64,000 nt of DNA from Nitrospinaceae bacterium (lineage in GTDB: Bacteria > Nitrospinota > Nitrospinia > Nitrospinales > Nitrospinaceae): contig OZ250172.1 in the NCBI GenBank assembly GCA_965237905.1, positions 1,344,001 to 1,408,000 of the forward strand, in the 5' to 3' direction. Position 1 is the stretch's first letter. Every line of letters begins with the position of its first letter. Made by a program: the position numbers and the translations under genes. The notes beneath the pieces were generated by a model. The model saw only the letters and a program-made list of their open reading frames with translations. It ran no database searches and had not been told where the DNA came from. This document shows, in pieces, positions 57,731-64,000 of the stretch.

Positions 57731-60184
57731 ATGTTGCAACAACACTTGAGACAACTCACCGATAAAGTCATCGAAGCCCTCAACGTCGGGACGATGGAAA
57801 TGGTCAACCTGCGCCAAACGCTCCTGACCCCGGACTTTATCCTGATCGGCCTGCTGGAGCAACAGGATTCGCGGATCGTCAAACTACTGGAAACCTACTA
57901 TCCCGAAGACAAAAAAATGGTCCGGAAAATTCTGGACCGCCTGTTCGAGCTTCAGGAAGAGGAAACCAAGCATGAGGGACAGCAAATTGAGCACATCCAT
58001 CTTGCCAAGGAAACTGACACCCTGTTCGAGATCGCCATGGATGAGGCCAAAAAACTGGGGGACCGCTACGTCAGTGTCGGCGCCATGTTCCTGGCCCTGT
58101 TCGATTCGCGTGTGGGCCGGACGGCGGACGTCCTTCAAGAATTCGGGCTGAAATACATTAAAGTTAAGGAAGATCTGGAGATCATGCGCGGCGGCATCAA
58201 CATCGATGAAAAAGACGGCGAAGGCAAGATGGATGTACTGAGCCAGTACACCACCGACCTCACCGACATGGCACGACGGGGCGAACTCGATCCGGTTATC
58301 GGACGGGAAAATGAAATTAACCGGATCATCCAAATTCTGTCCCGGCGCAAGAAAAACAATCCAGTATTGATCGGCGAACCGGGCGTGGGTAAAACGGTCA
58401 TCATCGAAGGGTTGGCACAAAGAATCGTCAAAGCCGAGGTCCCCAACTCACTGTTGGACAAGCGCGTCAAGGTTCTGGAAATGTCCGAGATCATCGCCGG
58501 AGCTAAAATGCGCGGGGAATTTGAAGAACGCATGAAGGCCGTGAAGGACGAGATCACCAACGCGCACGGCAGTATCATTTTGTTTATCGATGAACTGCAT
58601 ACCATCGTGAGTGCCGGTGCGGGAGCGGGTGGCGTCGACGCCTCCAACATGCTGAAAGCCGCGCTCGCTAAAGGGCAACTGCAATGCATCGGGGCGACGA
58701 CTCTGGACGACTACAAGAAAAGTATCGAGGAAGACAAGGCCCTGGCCCGTCGGTTCCAGCCGATACTGGTCGAAGAACCTTCGGTCGATGAAACGATATC
58801 CATACTGGAGGGCATCAAATCGAAATACGAACAACACCATTCCATTCAGTTCCAGGAGGGAGCGATTCGCGCGGCGGCCAAGTTGTCGGAAAAGCATATT
58901 TACGACCGTGCACTTCCGGACAAGGCAGTCGACCTGCTCGACGAAGCAGGCGCGAAAAAACATCTGGCGTTGATCTACGTTCCGCCGGAAATTCAACAAC
59001 TGGAAAAAGAACGTAATGAAATTATCAAGAAACAACAAGACGCCTTTGACGCACAGGATTTCGAACAGGTCGCCCTGCTCCGCCAGGATGTTTTGGAAGT
59101 CGATAAAAAGCTTTCCACTGAAAAGGAAAGCTGGAACAAGGAACTCAACAAAGTCGATCATTCGGTGACTGAAGAAGACATCGCCAACGTGGTGGCGACG
59201 TGGACCGGCATTCCGGTCAACAAAATCCGTGAAACAGAAACCGCCAAGCTGATGAACATGGAAGAGAACCTGCACAAGCGGGTGATCGGACAGGACAACG
59301 CCATTGTCGCCATCAGCAACTCCATCCGCCGCAACCGTGCCGGCCTTAAGGACAAGGACCGGCCCATCGGTTCGTTCCTGTTCCTCGGTCCCACGGGTGT
59401 GGGCAAAACCGAGCTGGCCAAGGCGCTGGCGGAATTTCTGCTGGACGACGAAAACCGGTTGATCCGGCTCGACATGTCCGAGTATATGGAAAAACACTCG
59501 GTGTCCAAGATCATTGGCTCGCCGCCCGGTTATGTCGGTTACGACGAAGGCGGGCAGTTGACTGAAAAAGTACGGCGTCACCCTTACTCGGTCATTTTGC
59601 TCGACGAGTTGGAGAAAGCACACCACGACGTGTTCAACATTCTTCTGCAATTGATCGACGACGGACGGCTGACCGACGCGCACGGGCGTGTCACCAGTTT
59701 CAAAAACGCTATCATCATCGGCACATCCAATATCGGGACGCAATCGATCACCGAAGGCAAAACCAAAGGAATCGGTTTCGCGGCTACGGAAGATCCGGCA
59801 CGTGATTACAACCAGGTGCGGTCGATGGTATTAAACGAGGTGCAAAAATTATTTAAGCCGGAATTCATCAACCGGCTCGACGACCTCATCGTGTTCCATA
59901 AACTGGAGCCGAACCAGGTACGGCAGATCGCGGACCTGATGCTGAACAATCTGGCCAAGCGCCTGAAAGAAAGCGACATGACCCTTGAGGTCACCAACAA
60001 GGTGAAGGACGAACTGGCCAAGGAAGGTTTCAGCGAAATGTACGGCGCGCGGCCTCTGCGGCGGTTGATCGAAGACAAAATCGAAAACTCCATTTCCATG
60101 CGAATCATCAACGGTGAATTCAAGCACGGCGATACGATTCACGTGGACTTTAAAAAGAACGATTACGTTTTTACCGTCAAGTAA
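57731..60184 (+). CDS. clpC: ATP-dependent Clp protease ATP-binding subunit (ClpC-like)
   Basis: Clp-N domain, GEPGVGKT, UVR-like coil, GPTGVGKT, GSPPGYVGY, IGF ClpP-docking loop. Confidence 0.9.
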   Translation: MLQQHLRQLTDKVIEALNVGTMEMVNLRQTLLTPDFILIGLLEQQDSRIVKLLETYYPEDKKMVRKILDRLFELQEEETKHEGQQIEHIHLAKETDTLFEIAMDEAKKLGDRYVSVGAMFLALFDSRVGRTADVLQEFGLKYIKVKEDLEIMRGGINIDEKDGEGKMDVLSQYTTDLTDMARRGELDPVIGRENEINRIIQILSRRKKNNPVLIGEPGVGKTVIIEGLAQRIVKAEVPNSLLDKRVKVLEMSEIIAGAKMRGEFEERMKAVKDEITNAHGSIILFIDELHTIVSAGAGAGGVDASNMLKAALAKGQLQCIGATTLDDYKKSIEEDKALARRFQPILVEEPSVDETISILEGIKSKYEQHHSIQFQEGAIRAAAKLSEKHIYDRALPDKAVDLLDEAGAKKHLALIYVPPEIQQLEKERNEIIKKQQDAFDAQDFEQVALLRQDVLEVDKKLSTEKESWNKELNKVDHSVTEEDIANVVATWTGIPVNKIRETETAKLMNMEENLHKRVIGQDNAIVAISNSIRRNRAGLKDKDRPIGSFLFLGPTGVGKTELAKALAEFLLDDENRLIRLDMSEYMEKHSVSKIIGSPPGYVGYDEGGQLTEKVRRHPYSVILLDELEKAHHDVFNILLQLIDDGRLTDAHGRVTSFKNAIIIGTSNIGTQSITEGKTKGIGFAATEDPARDYNQVRSMVLNEVQKLFKPEFINRLDDLIVFHKLEPNQVRQIADLMLNNLAKRLKESDMTLEVTNKVKDELAKEGFSEMYGARPLRRLIEDKIENSISMRIINGEFKHGDTIHVDFKKNDYVFTVK

Positions 60185-60218
60185 TCATTTCCCGCGTCAA
60201 TAACGGGCAGGATACGTT

Positions 60219-60743
60219 TTGAACCCCATTCAAAATTCACACAGGCGGATGGCCATTATCGCCCTGCTGGTCGGGCTGGGAGTGGTCCTGCACCGTCTGG
60301 AGGCCCTGCTTCCCCTGCCCACCCCCTGGGTCAAGCTGGGGCTGGCCAACATCATGACTCTGATCGCTCTGGTGTTTCTCGGATTCCGGGCGGCGCTGGA
60401 GGTGACCCTGTTACGCGTCCTGCTGGGGTCGGTATTGGGCGGAACGTTTCTCAGCCCCACGTTTTTCCTGAGCCTGGCCGGCGGATTGGCTTCGGTGGGC
60501 ATCATGGGTCTGTTGTACCGGGAAGGACAGCGGTCCTTCAGCCTGGTGGGCATCAGCGTGGCGGCGGCCTATGCCCACACCACCGCGATATTTGTATGCG
60601 TGTTCTTCCTGTTCATTCATCAAAGCGTATTTTTCAATCTACTGCCTGTATTTCTTACCTTTTCACTGATCTCAGGCATTCTCACCGGCCTGCTGGCGAA
60701 CAACATCGCGCAACATCTATCGAATGAAAAAATATCCTTTTAA
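60219..60743 (+). CDS. Gx transporter family protein (heptaprenyl diphosphate synthase component I-like)
   Basis: LE..LP.P.PWVKLGLANI, LRVLLGS, SLAGG, SLVGISV...AH. Confidence 0.85.
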   Translation: MNPIQNSHRRMAIIALLVGLGVVLHRLEALLPLPTPWVKLGLANIMTLIALVFLGFRAALEVTLLRVLLGSVLGGTFLSPTFFLSLAGGLASVGIMGLLYREGQRSFSLVGISVAAAYAHTTAIFVCVFFLFIHQSVFFNLLPVFLTFSLISGILTGLLANNIAQHLSNEKISF

Positions 60744-60845
60744 AAACCCGGCATTATCCCTTTCACAATGTTTTAGACTTCCTTAAACTTTTCATTTACA
60801 CTAAATTTCTAGCCAAATTTTCATATATCAAATATCAAACAAACT

Positions 60846-61541
60846 TTGATGGTGCCCGTGAAGCTTTCAATTGTTATTCCTGTTTACAACGAAAAAGATA
60901 CGCTCGACACTCTGCTGACCCGTGTGGAAGCCGTCGACTACGAAAAGGAAATCGTACTGGTGGATGATTGCTCCACCGACGGCACACGTGAAATTGTCGA
61001 GAATTATAAAAACAAAAAGGGATATACGGTATTGATGCACCCGCATAATCAGGGCAAGGGCGCCGCGCTCCGTACCGGATTTGCCCAAGCGTCAGGGGAC
61101 ATCATTATCATTCAGGACGCAGACCTGGAATATGATCCCAGGGATTACGGCAAACTATTGGAACCGATTCTGGATGGGCGGGCAGACGTCGTCTACGGAT
61201 CGCGGTTTCTGGGTGGACCTCACCGGGTGTTGTTCTTTTGGCATTACCTCGGCAACATGGCTCTGACCCTGTTGTCCAATATAATGACTAATCTGAACCT
61301 GACGGATATGGAAACCTGCTATAAAGCTTTCACTCGACAGGTTTTGACTTCCATTACTCTGAAGTGCGACCGGTTCGGATTCGAGCCGGAGTTCACCAGC
61401 AAAGTCGCCAAAAAAAAATTCCGAATTTACGAGGTCCCCATTTCATACAGCGGACGGGTTTATGCGGAAGGAAAAAAAATAGGGTGGAAAGACGGCGTGG
61501 CGGCGATCTGGTTTATCATCCGCTTTCGGTTATTCGACTGA
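60846..61541 (+). CDS. GT2 glycosyltransferase (DPM1-like)
   Basis: [44 protein letters not shown]. Exact start 60846-60858. Confidence 0.93.
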   Translation: MMVPVKLSIVIPVYNEKDTLDTLLTRVEAVDYEKEIVLVDDCSTDGTREIVENYKNKKGYTVLMHPHNQGKGAALRTGFAQASGDIIIIQDADLEYDPRDYGKLLEPILDGRADVVYGSRFLGGPHRVLFFWHYLGNMALTLLSNIMTNLNLTDMETCYKAFTRQVLTSITLKCDRFGFEPEFTSKVAKKKFRIYEVPISYSGRVYAEGKKIGWKDGVAAIWFIIRFRLFD

Positions 61542-61552
61542 ACCCGAAAACT

Positions 61553-62911
61553 CTAGTCAAAGCGATGAATCGTGCCTTCGCGGATACCTGTTTCAAATGT
61601 TTTTGTCTCCCGGGCAATAAGACGGCTCAATGCCAGTAAGGCGATGAGATTGGGAACGGCCATCAACCCATTCATGGCTCCTGAAAAATCCCAGACAAAA
61701 TGTAGATTACTCACCGCACCGACATAGACGAAACCGATCCAGGCCATCCTGTAAAACGGAATAAAACGTTCGCCTGCCAGATATTCAAAACATTTTTCAC
61801 CGTAATAGCACCAGCCCAGGATAGTGGAGAACGCGAAGGTGACCACCCCGAGAGTGACGACCCATTGTCCCCACTCGCCCGGCAGTCCGGCACTGAAAGC
61901 CTGAAGTGTCAGCTCGACGCCGGTCTTACCTGAGTTCCAGACTCCCGTCGTGGAAAGCACGAGTCCCGTCAGCGAACACACGATGATGGTATCGAGAAAA
62001 GTGCCCGTCATCGACACCAGCGCCTGCTTGCTAGGTTGATTGGTTTTCGCCGCGGCGGCAACGATAGGGGCACTTCCCAGACCGGATTCATTGGAGAACA
62101 ACCCCCGCTCCACGCCGAACCGAATGGCTTGGGCCAGAGTTGCTCCGGCAAAGCCGCCGCTGGCCGCAGTGCCGCTCATCGCCTGCTTGAACAAAAGCGC
62201 AAGACCCGCCGGTAATTCCGCCAGGTTGCCGAGGATGATTACCAACGATCCCGCAAAATACAGCAATACCATTATGGGAACAAAAAAGGTAACGACTTCG
62301 GCGATACGCTTGATTCCGCCCAGAATCACCAGCCCGGTAAAAACCGCCAAGACGACGCCGACCGCTTCTTTGCTGATGGAAAAAACTTTGACGAGGGCCA
62401 GGGTGGACGTGTTGGCCTGGACCATGTTACCGATCCCGAACGCGGCAACGGACCCGCACACCGCAAAACAGATTCCCAGCCATTTCCAGCCCAACCCGGT
62501 TTCGATGTAATACATGGGGCCGCCGGAAATCTCCCCCTTGTGGTTGATCTGTCGGTAACGCACGGCAAGAAAACCTTCAGCGTATTTAGTAGCCATGCCG
62601 AACAGGGCAGCCATCCACATCCATACCACCGCACCCGGTCCGCCGAGGGTCATGGCGGTGGCCACGCCGGCAATGTTGCCACTACCTATGGTGGCAGCCA
62701 AAGAAATCATGAGTGCGCCGAAATGGGAAACATCCCCCTTGCCCGTCCGTTCGCGCGAGAAGGTCAACCGCAAAGCGTAGGGGAGTAAACGAAATTGAAT
62801 GCCTTTGAGTAGAATCGTCAGCCAAATCCCGGTGCCAACCAGCAGAATCAGCAGCCAGGGGCCCCAGATCATTCCGTTTAAATCTGAAAAAAACCGGTTG
62901 ACGGCATCCAT
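61553..62911 (-). CDS. Sodium:alanine symporter (AGCS family)
   Basis: ATIGSGNIAGVA, GGPMYYI, GLFSNESGLGSAP, FLDTIIVC, NGLMAVPNL. Confidence 0.95.
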   Translation of the reverse strand: MDAVNRFFSDLNGMIWGPWLLILLVGTGIWLTILLKGIQFRLLPYALRLTFSRERTGKGDVSHFGALMISLAATIGSGNIAGVATAMTLGGPGAVVWMWMAALFGMATKYAEGFLAVRYRQINHKGEISGGPMYYIETGLGWKWLGICFAVCGSVAAFGIGNMVQANTSTLALVKVFSISKEAVGVVLAVFTGLVILGGIKRIAEVVTFFVPIMVLLYFAGSLVIILGNLAELPAGLALLFKQAMSGTAASGGFAGATLAQAIRFGVERGLFSNESGLGSAPIVAAAAKTNQPSKQALVSMTGTFLDTIIVCSLTGLVLSTTGVWNSGKTGVELTLQAFSAGLPGEWGQWVVTLGVVTFAFSTILGWCYYGEKCFEYLAGERFIPFYRMAWIGFVYVGAVSNLHFVWDFSGAMNGLMAVPNLIALLALSRLIARETKTFETGIREGTIHRFD

Positions 62912-63042
62912 AATAAAATGGGTTTAGTTTAAAAAAACAAGATCAGCAAATTGATGGAGGCCAATATGCCGGAGGGGAGTCTTCCTGTGGAAGTCATTTA
63001 AAAAGTGGGGCTTCAAGATAACAAATAAAAGTTACTTCTTTT

Positions 63043-63759
63043 TTACTTTTTGGCTTCTTCTTCTTTCTTTTTTGCGGCTTGCGCTTTTTCATTTTCGGAA
63101 TTTTTTAACGCCCGTTCCAATCTATCGATCAAAGCGGCTTGTTGTTGACCTTCACTTGCGAACCGACTGAATATGCCAGCGATGCGTGTTTTGAGTCCGG
63201 CCCCAATCGATTTGGTTTGCTCATCCACAGCAATGCTTTTATTTAAAAAACTCCGGGCTGCCTGCAGTTCGGGAACCTTGGTCCCTGCCAGTTCGCTTGC
63301 CAGGCTTTTCTTTAAGGGAAGAGAGCTTTGAATGGTATTCACAGCTCTCTGTCCATTGGAAAAATTGGGCTGAACATTTTTATAACGGTTGCCCAGCGCT
63401 ATCCCGACTTTGAATACGTTAATGGTTTTTTTGACCAATCCTTCATCTTTCGCACTGAGTCCTGCCTCCTCCTCCTCAACTCCACTCTCACCTTCCGCAC
63501 TCGCCTGACCCGGAGACCCTGGAGGAGCGCCGGGAGCGGGTGTCGGCTCGTTCACTCCTTTGAATTTCTTCACGGAGCCTTTATTTCTATACCGCATAGG
63601 AATTCTGCTGGCATCGTCGGTAAAATGAATTTTCCCATTATCATCTTTATACTTGTATATTTTTGCAATCGCTGGATCGGGTTGAAAGGCGATCCACCCT
63701 AACAGCGCAAAAATCATAGCTTTTGAAAGAATGTTGGAGAAGCCGATGGCATGTTTCAT
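63043..63759 (-). CDS. DUF4124-domain exported protein
   Basis: Signal peptide then AKIYKYKDDNGKIHFTDD..IP..YR, followed by a Pro/acidic linker and a helical C-terminus. Confidence 0.8.
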   Translation of the reverse strand: MKHAIGFSNILSKAMIFALLGWIAFQPDPAIAKIYKYKDDNGKIHFTDDASRIPMRYRNKGSVKKFKGVNEPTPAPGAPPGSPGQASAEGESGVEEEEAGLSAKDEGLVKKTINVFKVGIALGNRYKNVQPNFSNGQRAVNTIQSSLPLKKSLASELAGTKVPELQAARSFLNKSIAVDEQTKSIGAGLKTRIAGIFSRFASEGQQQAALIDRLERALKNSENEKAQAAKKKEEEAKK

Positions 63760-63896
63760 ATTGTTATAGGCCCATATATTTAAATGCAGACGATTCAATG
63801 AATTAGAACCGCTTCAAGATTATATCAACCGAATCTGAACTCTGCTATACTTTAATTCTAAACGAAAACTACTTAAATTGAAACTGGAGATCTCGC

Positions 63897-64000
63897 GTGA
63901 CTCCGAGTCCATTAAAGTATATCGACGATAACATTTACAGCTTGTATCCCGAGAATCGTATCGTCGGTTTTTATTTATATGACGTTTACAATGAGATGGT
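63897..64000 (+). CDS. Start of an unidentified gene (runs off the window)
   Basis: GGAG RBS, GTG start, open to the window end. Confidence 0.4.
   Translation, partial: MTPSPLKYIDDNIYSLYPENRIVGFYLYDVYNEM

Noticed and set aside
58448..59743. 431-aa minus-strand ORF (and similar long antisense ORFs over hemE, hflX and the permease fusion)
   Set aside because: Typical codon-bias shadows of conserved genes on the opposite strand.

Overview
A 64-kb bacterial chromosomal segment of moderate GC. Gene style (FGE-sulfatase/TPR proteins, c7-type and monoheme cytochromes, a carboxypeptidase-regulatory-like protein) suggests a Nitrospina-like (Nitrospinota) organism; this is inference only. 1-13.8 kb: a divergent organic-carbon cluster. 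Leftward are acyl-CoA dehydrogenase, 3-hydroxyacyl-CoA dehydrogenase, DUF35 protein and SCP2-type thiolase. Rightward is a tyrosine/homogentisate catabolic operon (hppD, fumarylacetoacetase family, hmgA, flavin-reductase-like, thiolase, acetoacetate-CoA ligase), followed by a heme-oxygenase-like diiron enzyme and an NSS transporter. 13.8-20.6 kb: a decayed mosaic island containing a DnaE-like stub, a ~600-bp non-coding array of 10-bp-period direct-repeat dimers, four related hairpin-like sites flanking cassette-like genes, IS3-like ends, phage remnants and a tRNA-Pro 3'-end att-like site. 27.4-38.2 kb: tRNA-Arg(TCT), a DUF4402 chaperone/usher-like pilus cluster, a permease-CRTAC1/ASPIC fusion, a truncated MtrB/PioB-like porin and a triheme cytochrome. 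The rest is largely housekeeping or envelope genes (trmL, B12 radical SAM/methyltransferase/GT2, hflX, pcrA, hemH, hemE, queG, HDAC family, clpC, AGCS symporter). All family assignments come from motif recognition by eye, not database searches.
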